Shown here: positions 13,083-26,490 of the stretch, in pieces
Layout of the letters: each line of letters starts with the position of its first letter
Numbering within the stretch: position 1 is the first letter of the stretch
From: Chiloscyllium plagiosum
Taxonomy: Eukaryota
Reading direction: 5' to 3'
Assembly: GCF_004010195.1 (NCBI RefSeq)
Contig: NC_057734.1
Location: forward strand, 22,559,736-22,623,735
DNA: 64,000 nucleotides
Made by a program: the position numbers and the translations under genes
Notes under the pieces: generated by a model
Databases searched by the model: none
Seen by the model: only the letters and a program-made list of their open reading frames with translations
What the model was told of the DNA's origin: nothing

Positions 13083-13456
13083 TAGAGTGTCAGAGGCTCA
13101 GGGGTGACCTTATGGGAGTTTATAAAATCATAAGGGACAGAGATAGGGTGAACTCCCCAGGGTAGCAGAGTCCAAAATTAGATGGCTTAGATTTAAGGTG
13201 AGAGTGGAAAGATTTTAAAGGGACCTAAGGGGGTAACTTTTTCATGCATTATTGGAACCTGCTGCCAGAGGAAGTGGTGAAGGCTGGTACAGTCACAATA
13301 ATTAAAAGGCATCTGGATGGCTCCATCAATAGGAAGGGTTTAGAGGGATATAGGCCAAATGCTGACAAATGGGACGAGATTAATTTAGAATACCTGGTCA
13401 GCATGGACCAGTTGGTCTAAAGGGTCTGTTTCTGTGCTGTACATCTCTCTGACTCA
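13083..13456 (+). mobile_element. CR1 LINE 3-prime end
   Basis: RLRGDLMGVYKII motif, with a 3-prime UTR like the copies at 28134 and 46400. Confidence 0.85.
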
Positions 13457-13639
13457 TAAAGAAATGAAAGAAGAACTTTCCCATGTTCCACATCAGCCCA
13501 CAGCTAATCCCAGGAGTCAGTCAATGCTGCTGTCTACTGATAAGAGGTTATTGAAATAAAGCGTCAACTCTGTCACTCTCTCCACAAATGCTGTCTATCC
13601 TGATGAACATTTCCATCTTCTGTTTTTATTTCAGACTTG

Positions 13640-14860
13640 CTGCATCATCCATGACATTTTGCTTTAATACTAAAGAGATCATTCCTTTGAATACTACGGG
13701 GTCTTTGACCAGTTCACTCCTGTACGACTGATTATTTTGCCTGAAAAGGGCTACCTTCAAAAGAAGAAATGATTCAAGAACACTCAAGTCTCTTCCCTCA
13801 AAGGGAAACATACAGCGAACAAATTCAGAACTCCCTGAATGACAAAAGAGACAGAAATGATGATAAAGATTTTAAAGAAGTGTTTATGACAAGTTTTAAA
13901 ACACAATCGAGAACCAGGCTGAATACAGAAGGTTCAGAAGGGCAGTAAGAAAATGAAGCGAAGAGGGAGTGTGAACAGATACTGGCTGTTAACTTAAAAG
14001 GAAAATCCAAAGTCCTCACTAGATATTTAAATAGTCAAGTGCAATAAAAGGTAGAGTGAGGCCAATTAGTGACCTAAAAGGGGATTTATACATGGAGCCA
14101 GACGGCATGGTTGAAATATCGAATTGCTGAATCACATCTGTTTTTAGCAAAGAGGAAGATGCAACAGACCATGGAGAGAAAGAGGACGTTCCATTGCTAG
14201 AAGGATTCAGAATTAAGAAAGAGTTATTAGATAGGCTGCAAATGCATTCAAGGACACTAAGGGAAGTGAGAATGGAAACAGTGGAGGTCCAGCCAATAAT
14301 TATTCAGTCTTCCTTAAACTTCAGGGTGGTGCCAGAGACAGGAGGATCGCAAACATTATGGCCTTTTCACAAAAAGAGTACAAGGAACTAAACTGGAGAA
14401 TTGTAACCAATTTTGGGTTCTGGACTTTAGGAAGAATGTAAAGACATTTTAGTGAGTGCAAAAGAGATTAGTGAGATTGATTTCAGAGATGTAGAATTTC
14501 AGTTATGAAAATAGATGGGAGAAGCAGAGACTGGTTTCCTAAGAGAACAGAAAGCTGAAAGAAGATTTGAACTATTCAAAACCATGAAAAGTCTGGACAG
14601 ATTAAATACATAGGTGTTCACTCTTGTGAAAAGATCGAAAATGAGAGAACACTTATTTAAATTAATTAGTGAAAGAAGCAAAAGTGATATGAGGAAAAGT
14701 CTTTCCATGTAATGAGTAAAGATAGGGTCTACGTGGTAGAGAAAGGGCCCATCAGGGCATTCAAAACAGAATTAAATTATTAATTGAGGATCAATAATGT
14801 ACAGCGTTACAGGTAGAAAGCAGGAATATAGCACGAAATAGATTGCTCATAACAATTATG
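13640..14860 (+). mobile_element. Old, internally deleted CR1 remnant
   Basis: Purine-rich decayed ORF2 motifs (RTLREVRMETVEV...IIIQSSL). Confidence 0.6.
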
Positions 14861-15843
14861 TGATTCTTTGAAATTCACTTCAAATTGTACAGTTGGTAAC
14901 CCCAATCTTAATCAAGCTAGTATGTCTTCTTCTGTCTGTTTACTCTGTAACTGTAATTAACTTTGGAGTTACCTTCTAACCAAGGCAGCCACTAACAGCC
15001 TTTCCTAAGCTCTCCAGTCATTCCATGCCCTTTCAGTTCTGTTATGAGGATTCCGACTGTGATAGCAGATTATTGCACTATCAGTCACTTCACTTATTAA
15101 AGCTACAGTTCCAAACAATTCTTCCTCAAGAAGAGTTTAGTCAGTCTGAAAGTTTTAAAGAAATTCAACCCTTGGGTGATGTATCATTTTCTTCAGTCTC
15201 CGGACAAATGCAGATCTGACCCACTGCGCTGCAATATCCACACTAGAAAGGCAAGAGGTAGATCCTGAATCCATGCCAGAATGAAGATCAAACCCAATGT
15301 TGTTAGCACCAATCTGATAGCACTGGCTATCCAGCCTATTGAACTATCCAGCCATGAAGACTGAGTTCTGTGGCAACCTGCACATTGTAGTGCTGGGGCT
15401 GCACATCGTGATGGCAGAAGCTTCAATTTCTACCCATCATATGTCTTGCAATCTCTCCCACATTGACCACCTGCCATTGGTAAAAGATGAAAGTTTGGTC
15501 ACATTAGGAACACACCTTTCTTGGACATCCAGTCCTGCAGCGGGACATGTGGAAGGCTACTTTGTCCAAGCCCAGAGCATACCCACCAGGAGGTCCTCTG
15601 AGCCCTTCACAAAGAGGCCACATAAATCAGCAGCATGGGACTGAGTGAGGAATGGAGAGAAATGTAGCCGGCAAGACTGAGTGTGCACTGAGGGAGCACA
15701 ATGAATTACTATTTAATGGCTTAACCACTCAGCCACAATCACAGGTCCCAGCATCACTCTATCACTGTCGATGGATTTAATGATACATTTAATTTAGTAT
15801 AGATATTTCTAATTAGATAAATCAGCACTTTTTTTGTTTTTAG

Positions 15844-15946
15844 AAAGAATACCAGGTATTCATTCCAGATCCGACAGAAGGCTTTGAAAAGTGGACAATG
15901 GGACCTAGTTGAACAAACCTTTACTAATCAAATCAATGCAAACTAA
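15844..15946 (+). CDS. Candidate terminal exon of a nested antisense small ORF
   Basis: Branch-like ttctaat, long T tract and tag acceptor. Open in both frames offered by the candidate exon 1. AATAAA near 16177 and 16492. Confidence 0.25.
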
Positions 15947-18094
15947 TACAACAGATGGCCAAAAATTGCAAACACTCTGCATCAATCAACACAAATATTT
16001 CTGTAAAACGTGGTGTTCATTTTACAACAGTGTTTTCCTGACAATGCAAATCTGATGGAAACTATTCCGTAGAGATTTATTTCCTCTGTGAGCAGTTTCA
16101 GATATTAATTACGTTGTACAATTATTAAAACTCTGGATTTCATTTGAAGTCAGTGAAATGAAAATTAGATGGCATCAATAAAGGTTGATTGACCTCCCCC
16201 ATCCCCTTACCTTGGTGGTGAAAAATGAAATGACGTCTCTGGTCCCAACTGTAAGGACTTTGCCCTTGAGATCCAACAAACCTCAAAGTGGCCTGAGTTG
16301 ATGTCAATTCAGATTAAAATATAGACAATGAACTACTTCTTTTACCAGGATGTCTAAACTTCCCACCTTTCTACTTTAAACACAGGCTGCAGAAATAAGC
16401 TATATTTCACCATCTAAAATTACCTGACAATTTGGAAGGGGCATTAATCAGCAATGGGAGTATTTCCCCTTTATGCTATGTCTAGCAAATCAATAAATGC
16501 ATTTCCTTATAAATAAGTCCATGGTTTTAACATAACTAATGCACATGGAATTTGTGCCCATTGTTGCATCAGAATCATTGGAAACTCCTTATGTATACAT
16601 AAATATAAATATATTTTACTTAATCACACACTCCAGTGGCATTGCTCATGGGAGGTATGTACATTCATAAGGAATGATCAATGTGACATGTTGAAGCAAG
16701 TTATTTAATGTATAAGTTAGAGACTGGGGCAGGTGTGGCCATAATTGTGTGGGTGGGAAGTGACGAATTGGAAAAGTAGTAATTACCAGGATGAAAAATA
16801 TTTAGAATTTGTGCAACGTAAGATTACAGAAATAAATTATATTTAAACAGTGTTTAATTCCATTATTAGGACATTGGGCAACATCCTCATTCAATGAATG
16901 GGGTGAAGTCACAGTTGCACATAAGTAAAACCAGCAAGGTCACACACATAGCAAAGTCATGAATGGGAGAGAATGTGTTTTTGAATGTGTTGTTTACAGA
17001 AGTGTCAGAGAGGATTAGAAACTCTGCACTTTTTCTTCAGTAGGCCATAGGAGTTTTGAAACCTGCCTCAACATGAACATAGGCATTCACCATTGAGACT
17101 CTCGAGCTGAGAGAGATGGACGAAGGATTTTTATTAGTCAGCATGTGGCAGGTTGTGGGAGGTGGTGGAGACTTTGATGTGCCAAAACGTCATTTGGGAA
17201 GTGCCTGGAAGATGCCCTGGCAGTAGGTGATCTACCCAGAGGCAGGAATAGCAGACCGGCCAGGGCCCCTCTCTACTTCCTTGGCTGTTGGCATGTTGCT
17301 AGGTTGAGTTCTCATACCATTGTGTAGGGAGTCAACCAGCTCCAAGGAAAATATCTTCCTGTGATTCCCTGGCAAGGAAGAAATGGGGTGGAGTGAAGCC
17401 AGAGGCCTACTTTAATCCTGCAAAAGGTAACTCTCTCCCACCCTTCCCTTGCTGCCTTACAGTGGCCACTTCTCTCAGGATGATGTTACAAGATTGCAGT
17501 GCTGCTGGCTGAAGGAACGTGGCTATAAGCTTTATGGTTGGGAACTTGTGCATTGCACTTCCCATAATGATGTCAGAGAATACATCAGTGAAAAATGTGG
17601 GTGTAAGATGGATTTTGATCATGACTTCAGCAGTGGAAGATAGAATTGTGTAAAGCTGGGCAACGTCCCAAGAAGCTTGTTATTGATTGATCTCAGCATT
17701 GGCTCATCAATCTCTCTAAAGCTAGATTAATCAATAAATAACACTGACCCTCTGATTATACTATGCCAACAGCATGCCCCTCTTCCTGAATTCACCACAT
17801 CCCCCATCAGCCAATTCTTGCATGTTTGCCTCCTGGCGGTATCATGGGGGAGATCCTGCCTCCCCTCTGAATGTGTGGCACAGCCCAAAACTCCCCACTC
17901 CCAGTTCTTGGATGATCCTGCCAAGGGGCTCAGTTTAATGACTCATCCAAAGGACAGCACCACTGGAAAGCTGGCATCAATCAGCACTGCAGTGCAGCAT
18001 CAGCCTAACTTACTCACACCCAGAATCAGTCTTCAATCTTGATAGCAATTTTAGGTAATTGGCAGTTGAATGAATGAGCAGGATGACAGAAGGT

Positions 18095-18765
18095 GAAGTT
18101 TATTTTTATTCATTCATGGGATGTGGGCGTCACTGGCTGGGCCAGCATTTATTACCAATTCCCAGTTGCCCTTGAGAAGATGGTGGTGAGGTACCTTTTT
18201 GAACCGTTGCTGTCCAATGCTGTCGATAGACGCATAATGCTGCGAGGGAGGGAGTTCCAGGATGTTGACCCTGTCACAATGCAAGAATGGCACATACTTC
18301 CAAATCATGATGGAGAGCAGCTTGGGGGGGGGAACCTGCAGGTTGTGATGTACCCAAGTACCTGTAGCTCTCCTTCTTCTAGTGGTTGTGAGTTTGGAAG
18401 TTGTTGTGTGAGGAGCCTTGGTGAAATTCTGAAGTGTAAGTTGTAGATGCTCAAATGTAGAAATTTAGGCTCCTTCATGTGCACCTTCCAAACTCACAAC
18501 CTTCACCATCTAGAAGGACAAGGGCAGCAGACACATGGTAACACTACCATCTGTGAGTTCTAAATGAAGGAATTGTACCAACATTGCTTTGGTGTTGCTG
18601 GGTCAAAATCTTGGGATTCACTTTCTAACAGTATTGTGGGTGCCCCTACATATCATGGACTGCAGCAGGTCAACAATGTAGATCACTACCATCTTCTCAA
18701 GGGCAATGGGAGATGGGCAATAAGTGTTGGCCCAGCCAGTCATTAATACATGCTGTGAATAAGTT
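18095..18765. mobile_element. Two opposed 3-prime fragments of a second LINE family (tail cttctcaagggcaa...gggcaataa)
   Basis: Minus copy at about 18095-18440 and plus copy at about 18465-18765. Related pieces at 27760-27930, 28720-29280, 31370-32040 and 48840-50260. Confidence 0.65.
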
Positions 18766-19391
18766 TTTAAAGGAAACATTCATCCTTAAACTCTGCTCCT
18801 CTTTAAACAGATGCTGCCAGATCTAGTAAGCATTTCCAGCTTCTATCGTCTTGATTATTAATGACATAACTGACTATTTTGGGGGCTCTGGTTCAGAGAA
18901 GGCTACTGGTCAAGACCTTAGCATAACTGTCTTCTCTTCATTGAGTAGTGTTATGGGATTTTTTTTACATCTACCTACATAAACCAGGGCTCAGGTTCTT
19001 GCTCTGTGCCAAGCACAGTGTACCATTCAGCTTTCCTGGAGGGTTACTGTTGTGTGAGGGAATGATTTTGAATGAGTTAATGTCGGAGTTGCATTTGCTC
19101 CACCCAATCTGATTGTGTCATACAGTCTTTTGGCGAGAGAAACATTTTGTCTTGGATGAGGTTCTGATGGATATAGACATGACATGTTTGGTACCTGATA
19201 GTTCTAACTGTGCCAAACTAGTTAATCTTAATTGTATCTATATCTATTATGTTATGTCAGACAAGTTCCTCTTCTTGTTAAGTCTCTCGAGTAGAGTACC
19301 CTCGATCACAGATAATTAAAACAGCTCTTAGACTCAGCGTAGTTAGGATGATTAATGGCAGCAAACTACACCTGACCACAAGCCACAGATT

Positions 19392-19553
19392 CCAAAATGT
19401 GTTGCTGGAAAAGCGCAGCAGGTCAGGCAGCATCCAAGGAGCAGAAAAATCGACGTTTCGGGTATAAGCCCTTCTTCAGGAATGTAGAAGGAGGAAGAGA
19501 GCTTCTTCAAGGATATAACTCTGATTCTTCAGCATCTGCAGTCCTCACTTTTT
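19392..19553. mobile_element. Mini PLE-derived insertion with hammerhead motif and 16-bp TSD
   Basis: TSD ccacaagccacagatt at 19376-19391 and 19554-19569. Minus-strand CUGAAGA-GGGC/ACCC-GAAACGUC at about 19448-19483. Confidence 0.85.
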
Positions 19554-22076
19554 CCACAAGCCACAGATTGGCAACTACATCCCAAGTATCAGCGTAAGTT
19601 ATATGTTCACCTCAATTAGGAGGAAACTGAAAAGTCCAATGTAAATGAAAAGGCAAACAATAGGTAAAAGAGGAATAAAAACATTGCCAGTGCACGTCCG
19701 AATATTAATCAGCTTTCAGAATCCAATCCAATCCAATAAACTTTCATTCCCCTTTTATAAAATGATGTGAATTCTTTAAGTGGACTGCCATCTTAATTTG
19801 TTCCTGAGTTCCTTATGTCAGCTACCTGACAGATATATGAATAATATTGCACTTATAAGTGAATTGTTTATTCAATGTAGCACTCTTCTTATCCCTTAAA
19901 ACAATTTCAACTTTGGCCAGATGCCATACTCTAGTAAGATTCCTCTCTCTAAATGGAGTGAGCTTTTTTGCCAACTGGAATTGGTCTGTCAATATGGTTG
20001 ACATCAAAAACTGCTCTCCTCATAGAATAACTGACAGCAAGGGAACATGCCAATAAAAATCATTAAAGAAACAGCAAGTCCTAAATGTATCCATCACTTA
20101 TGTGCATAAGAAATGATATAAGTTTGGACCTTCGCCCAAGGCTCCAGTACATGCTCAGAATCCAGTCATTTTACGCAGTCATCCAAAACCCTATGAGTAT
20201 CCCTCCAGCCATCTGCTACATCCTACGGAATACATGAGAAATATCTGTGGAAATCGGTTTGACAGAAAAATACAACAAAGAACAAGTAAAATGGAAGGAG
20301 AAATAATTAATTATGTGTACATTCCCTGTCTACCATGTTCTGATATGCTTTACTCTACACTTTACATAATTGACTCCCAAGTGCAGTGGGGCTGTACAGT
20401 GTATGTTCGGTGTGGCAGCGAGCCCGCTGAGGAAGATTGCAGGATCTGTTAAATCTGCAAAGGGGGTGGAGTGGCCAGCAATCGCTCATAGGAAGCCTGG
20501 GTTAGAAGCCTGCTGCTGGTGGGCATGCGGAGGTCAGAATCCTGTGGTGGGATCAGGGGCACTGGGATGAAGGTGATGGTGAAGCAATAGATCACAGAGG
20601 CTCCTCTGGCAGGCCCTTGGTCCCAGGAGGATGGATTCTCTCTCATCCTGAATCTGTCAGTTTCTCATCTCAAAGAAGCAGCCAGGCTTTTCAAGGAGAA
20701 CCAGCCAACCTGAGTGTGAGGTAAAAAAATGGAATGGCAATCAGGTTTACAGCCTGATTGTCCTTTGTAAACAGCGTTCACAGAGAAATTGGTAACCTGA
20801 GCAACTTCAGGCCAGAGTTAAAGCTGTAATTGGATGGGAGGAGGTGGACTTGACTCACCTGATCCAAACCCAAACCAAAACTCCAGCCGTTCACTCTGTC
20901 AAACTCCTCTATGAATTCTCTCTCAGACACTGCTCCAGGTAGAATCAATACTCGCATCAGTTGCAGTTTGCATCAACTAGGGCAATCTGGTCCAAATAAT
21001 TTGAGCAACTTCAGACTTTGGGTGTACAATCCACTTTCTTGTTACATGCAGTGGGTTATCAAATATCTGAGATGTGAGGCACGTTAAGGGAGATTGTTCT
21101 GCCAAGGGCTCTGAGTCATGTATTAGATACTTTTCTTTAAGTGGACTGCCATCTTAATTTGTTCCTGAGTTCTACTAAATCCACTCGACTCACAGTCTCA
21201 TGGAGTATCTACAAAACCTCTGATTCAGGCCACAGAAAGTCTACTCCATTTTGTTTCTGACCTGCTGACCTGGCAGCATTTTCATCCTTTCCAATGGATT
21301 ACCACACACCTCTCCATCTTGAACTTAGGTTTTCCCATTCACTTAGAATCAAAGAATCATAAAGACGTAGATGGAGGTCATTCAGTTCATCAAACTTATT
21401 TGGGACACTCTGTGTCCCTTTAAAAGATTCCGATACCATTTGCACCATAATTAATTTTGGTCCCATGCAATTAGTCATATCTTCATCTAATTGATTATAC
21501 AAAATGGTGAAAAGTTGAGACTGCAGAATACCATTTCTCACACCTGAGTATATATCTTTACCCCCATTCTGATTCCTACCTGTCACCTAATTATAAACCA
21601 AAGTCAAATAACTGCCTCTATTTCAGGGCATTCTCATGTTTTGCTCATGATCTGCTTTATGGAGCTTCGTCAAATGCCTTCCAGAAAGCCACAAAATGGA
21701 ACACCCACAGGCACTCCCTTGACATCCTTGGAAAAGTCAATGAGATTATCAGATGCAACATACAATTAACAAAGTCGTGCTGGACTCTCTGTCCATGTTA
21801 TACAAAATAACTTCACCACAACTCATGCAGGAAGTGTTGTTATTTGCCACTAGCATTTTGAAACTGTGTTCGGAGGAATAAGAATTAGTTTACAGAGACA
21901 TTAAGCTAGCAGCATCATGGTCACACAATCTTTCAATAAGTTTATTTAACTGAGTTAAGATGAACCATTTGAATTGAAACTTGATAAACTCTGGCACACC
22001 AACACCGAATGGAAATTATTTAGTTTATTTTACATCCATTTCAATGTGTTAACAGGACAGAGTATCAGATACTCAC

Positions 22077-22194
22077 TTTGGCAGGAGAGATCACAGGTTC
22101 CACCAAGAGGTCGATCAGTGGCTGATAGTACATTGATGGTAATATCCGGTCCTCTGCCAACCTGACTTTTAATCGCAATGCTCCTAATTTACCA
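22077..22194 (-). CDS. RASAL1: RASAL1 internal exon: GKLGALRLKVRLAEDRILPSMYYQPLIDLLVEPVISPAK
   Basis: 118 nt, tcacag acceptor and gtgagt donor, phase 2-0. Matches the recalled human segment GNLGALRVKVRLIEDRVLPSQCYQPLMELL. Confidence 0.93.
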
Positions 22195-22399
22195 CTGTGA
22201 AAATACAGATAATACGACAATGACATTGACACTTTCCATCTGGAGTTGGTAAAAGATATCACTGACCTTTGTAGGTATGTCTTATGTAATTGCTCAGGAT
22301 TTATACATGAAGTTCTGCATTCTGTTTTAAGTACTGATGTAGACCATCTAGAGCATAGTGACCAGAATACATCACACATTAGGATGATCTAGAGGATGC

Positions 22400-24417
22400 A
22401 AGTATAACTAAGAATTATGTCAGTACATTGAACACATTTGATGAGCTGAGAATAGAACTTGTGAAAACAAAACGGGCCACAATATCTGCAAACAGCAAAG
22501 TAGACCAACAATGGGCAAGGGTTAGAACAGTTTTCAATAACAGCGCAGGAAAAATATTCTGCATTAAAAGGAAAGAAATTAAAACTATTGAGACTTTATT
22601 GATGAATAAAGGTACGAGACAACAATTGAGAGTACGGAAAGAGGCATACATTAAGTAGACAGACGACAGTGGATAGTAAGAGAGAACACAAAGAGATTAA
22701 GAGAAAAATAAAGAAAGGGAAAGAGGAGCTATGCCATCAGGGAACATAGAATTAACTCACAAAATATTTTATAGACCCATCAGTAGAAGGTGAAGAATGA
22801 GATGACAGTGAGACCATTAGTGGAGAAGTCATGATGAAAACATTGCAGATAAAAATAAAGAGTTTACAGAAATATTAACTAATTATTTTGCGTAAATAGT
22901 CACCAGAGAGATAACAGGTCAGCATTACATTGAATGATAAGATAACTAATGAGATAAGTGTGGAAAAAGTGAGGACTGCAGATGCTGGAGATCAGAGCTG
23001 AAAATGTATTGCTGGAAAAGCGCAGCAGATCAGGCAGCATCCAAGGAGCAGGAGAATCGACATTTTGGGCATGAGCCCTTCTTCAGGAATGAGGAAAGTG
23101 TATCCAGCAGGCTAAGATACCTTCCTAACCTGCAATCTTCTTCCTGACCTCTCCGTCCCCACCCCCACTCTGGCCTATCACCATCACCTTAACCTCCTTC
23201 CACCTATCCATTTCCAACACCTCTCCCCCAAGTCCCTCCTCCCTACCTTTTATCTTAGCCTGCTTGGCACACTTTCCTCATTCCTGAAGAAGGGCTCATG
23301 CCCGAAACGTCGATTCTCCTGCTCTTTGGATGCTGCTTGACCTGCTGCACTTTTCCAGTAACACATTTTCAGCTAATGAGATAAGTGTGTTTAGATTTTA
23401 AAAATGTGATGCATTAAATGAAACAATCAAATTAAGAGGATAAAACCCCAGTTTGGATGGATTGCATCTCCACGTTTTAAAAGAATCAAGAAAAGAGATA
23501 GCAGAGACACTCCTACATATATTTAATAATTTATTCAAGAAAGTTTACAGCCAAAGGACTAGGGGATACTAACATTATACCTATATTTAAGAGGAGAGAC
23601 AGGGCACATTTAGCGAATTATAGACCAGTTAATTTATCTTAACTGGCAAGAAAAGTAATGAAATGCCCACTAAATGAGAGAAGAGGAGAATACCTACGAC
23701 TAAAAAAAATGTAGTCAGCACAGATTTCAAAAGTACAGCAGATACAGACAAGGTTCACCAGGATGTTGACTGGGATGGAGAAACTGAACTATAAGGAGAA
23801 AATAGATAGGCTTGGACTGTTTTCTTTAGAACAGAGAAGACTGAGGGAAGGTATGTTTGAGGTGTATAAGATTATGAGGGGCATGGACAGAGTGAATAGA
23901 CAGCAGCTGTTTCTCTTGTTGAGGGGCCAATCATGAGAGGGTAATTGGTGTATATTTTGGTTTAAAAGTGAGTTTGAGATAAAATAGAATATTGGACTTC
24001 ACTTCATGAGGCTCAGAAAACAAGGGTAGTGTGGTTATGGTCCAATTGAACACAGATTTCGTCCAGTGTTCGATTGTACTAAAAGGTAGAGATCAGATTT
24101 TCCACAATCACATGGAAACTTAAGTAAGGGTTAAATTATGAGGACATGCTGCATAAACATAGCTTGAATCACCTTGAATTTAAAAGGCTGAGAGACAATC
24201 AAACCAAGGTATTTAAAACAATTTAAAGAAGGTTCTGATGGGGACATCTCAAACAGAAAAGCAATATTAGGAAATAAGGGTTACACAAAGGGTGGTTGAA
24301 ATCTGGAATTTACTTCCATTAAGTTGTGAAATTCAGGTCAATTGAAGTTATGGAGAGTCTTATGGTATGCATCAAGGGATATGGATCAAAAATAGATTGA
24401 TGGGGTTGTGGTTCAGA
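22400..24417 (+). mobile_element. Old CR1 ORF2 remnants hosting younger insertions
   Basis: Decayed motifs such as cctatatttaagagg...aattatagaccagtt and tgttttctttagaacagagaagactgagg. Confidence 0.65.
22963..23372. mobile_element. Fold-back PLE terminal-repeat element with two opposed hammerhead motifs and 17-bp TSD
   Basis: TSD ctaatgagataagtgtg at 22946-22962 and 23373-23389. Inverted arms of about 120 bp. Intact core at 23284-23311. Confidence 0.88.
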
Positions 24418-26490
24418 TCAGAGGAAGAAAGATCCTAAGGGGAGGCAGGGGCGGCCATGGCTGACGAGGGAAGTTAAGGACTGTATAAAGGTAAAAGAGA
24501 AGAAATATAACATAGCAAAGATGTGTGGGAAACTGGAGAACTGGGAAACTTTTAAAGAGCAACAGAGGATAACCAAAAAGGCAATACGCAGAGAAAAAAA
24601 ATGAGGTACGAAGGCAAACTGGCCAAAAATATAAGGGAGGATAGCAAAAGCTTTTTGGGGTATGTGAAAAGAAAACAAATGGTTAAGACTAAAATTGGGC
24701 TCTTAAAGACAGAAATGGGTGAATTTATTATGGGGAACAAGCAAAATGCAGAAGAGTTGAATAGGTACTTTGGATCTGTCTTCACTGGGGGAGACACAAG
24801 CAATCTCCCAGATGTAGTAGTGGCTGAAGGACCTAGTGTAATGGATGAACTGAAAGGAATTATATTAGGCAGGAAATGGTGTTGGATAGACTGTTAGGTC
24901 TGAAGGCTGATAAGAGGCCGGGACCTGATGGTCTGATTCCCAGGGTGCTTAAGGAGGTGGCTCTAGAAATCGTGGATGTATTGGTAATCAATTTCCAATG
25001 TTCTATCAATTCATAATCAGTTCCTATGGATTGGAGGGTGGCTAATGTTGTCCCACTTTTCAAGAAGGGAGGGAGAGAGAAAACAGGGAATTTTAGACCA
25101 GTTAGCCTGACATCAGTGGTGGGAAAGATGCTGGAGTCAATTATAAAAGCTGAATTAACGACTCATTTGGATAGCAGTAACAGGATAGGTCAGAGTCAGC
25201 ATGGATTTACGAAGGGAAAATCGTGCTTGACTAACCTTCTGGAATTTTTTGAGGCTTTAACTATGAAGATGGACAAGGGAGAGGCAGTGGATGTAGTATA
25301 CCTGGACTTTCAGAAAGCCTTTGATAAAGTCCCACATAGGAGATTAGTGAGCAAAATTAGGGCACATGGTATTGAGGGCAAAATACTGACTTGGATAGAA
25401 AATTGGCTGACTGACAGGAAGCAAAGAGTAGTGATAAATGGGTCCCTTTCAGAAAAGCAGGCAGTGACCAGTGGAATACCACAAGGTTCAATGCTAGGAC
25501 CACAGTGGTTTACAATATACATTAATGATATAGATGAAGGCATTAAAAGTAATATCAGCAAATTTGCTGATGACACAAAGCTGGGTGGCAGGGTGAAATG
25601 TGAGGAGGATGTTAATAGAATACAGGGTGACCTGGATAGGCTAGGTGAGTGGACAGATACATGGCAGATGCAGTTTAATGAGGATAAATGTGTGGTTATC
25701 CACTTTGGTGGCAAGAACAGGAAGACAGATTACTATCTAAATGGAGTCAAGTTAGGTAAAGGGGAAGTACAACGAGATCTAGGTGTTCTTGTACACCAGT
25801 CAATGAAAGCAAGCATGCAGGTACAGCAGGCAGTGAAGAAAGCTAATGACATGCTGGCCTTCATAACAAGAGGAATGGAGTATAGGAGCAAAGAGGTCCT
25901 TCTGCAGCTGTACAGGGCCCTGGTGAGACCACACCTGGAGTATTGTGTGCAGTTTTGGTCTCCAAATTTGAGGAAGGACATTCTGGCTATTGAGAGTGCG
26001 CAGTGTAGGTTCAGGAGGTTAATTCCTGGATGACGGGACTATCATTTGTTGAAAGATTGGAGCGACTGGGCTTGTATACACTTGAGTGTAGAAGAATGAG
26101 AGGGGTTCTGATTGAGACGTATAAGATTATTAAAGGATTGGACACTCTGGAGGCAGGAAGCATGTTTTTGCTGATGGGTGAGTCCAGAACCAGAGGACAC
26201 AGTTTAAAAATAAGGGGTAGGGCATTTAGAACAGAGTTGTGGAGAAACTTCTTCATCCAGAGAGTGGTGGATGTATGGAATGCTCTGCCCCAGAAGGCAA
26301 TGGAGATCAAGTCTCCGGATACTTTTAAGAAAGAGATGGATGTAGCTCTTTAAGGTAGTGGAATCAAAGGTTATGGAGATAAGGCAGGAACAGGATACTG
26401 ATTGTGGATGATCCGCCATGATCATAATGAATGGTGGTGCTGGCTCGAAGGGCAAAATGGCCTACTCCTGCTCCTATTGTCTATTGTCTA
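24418..26490 (+). mobile_element. Young 5-prime-truncated CR1 LINE with RT domain
   Basis: 335-aa ORF 25026-26033 with NFRPVSLTS, YLDFQKAFDKV, QGSMLGP and KFADDTK. Few disruptions; ctattgtctattgtcta tail. Confidence 0.96.

Noticed and set aside
20100-20225. Minus-strand acceptor-like site (gtattccgtag) as the next RASAL1 exon
   Set aside because: All three frames stop within about 20 codons and there is no similarity to the expected exon.
25026-26033. 335-aa reverse transcriptase ORF as a domesticated gene or retron-like system
   Set aside because: Ordinary CR1 ORF2 fragment with flanking stops and frameshifts, and many paralogous copies in the window.
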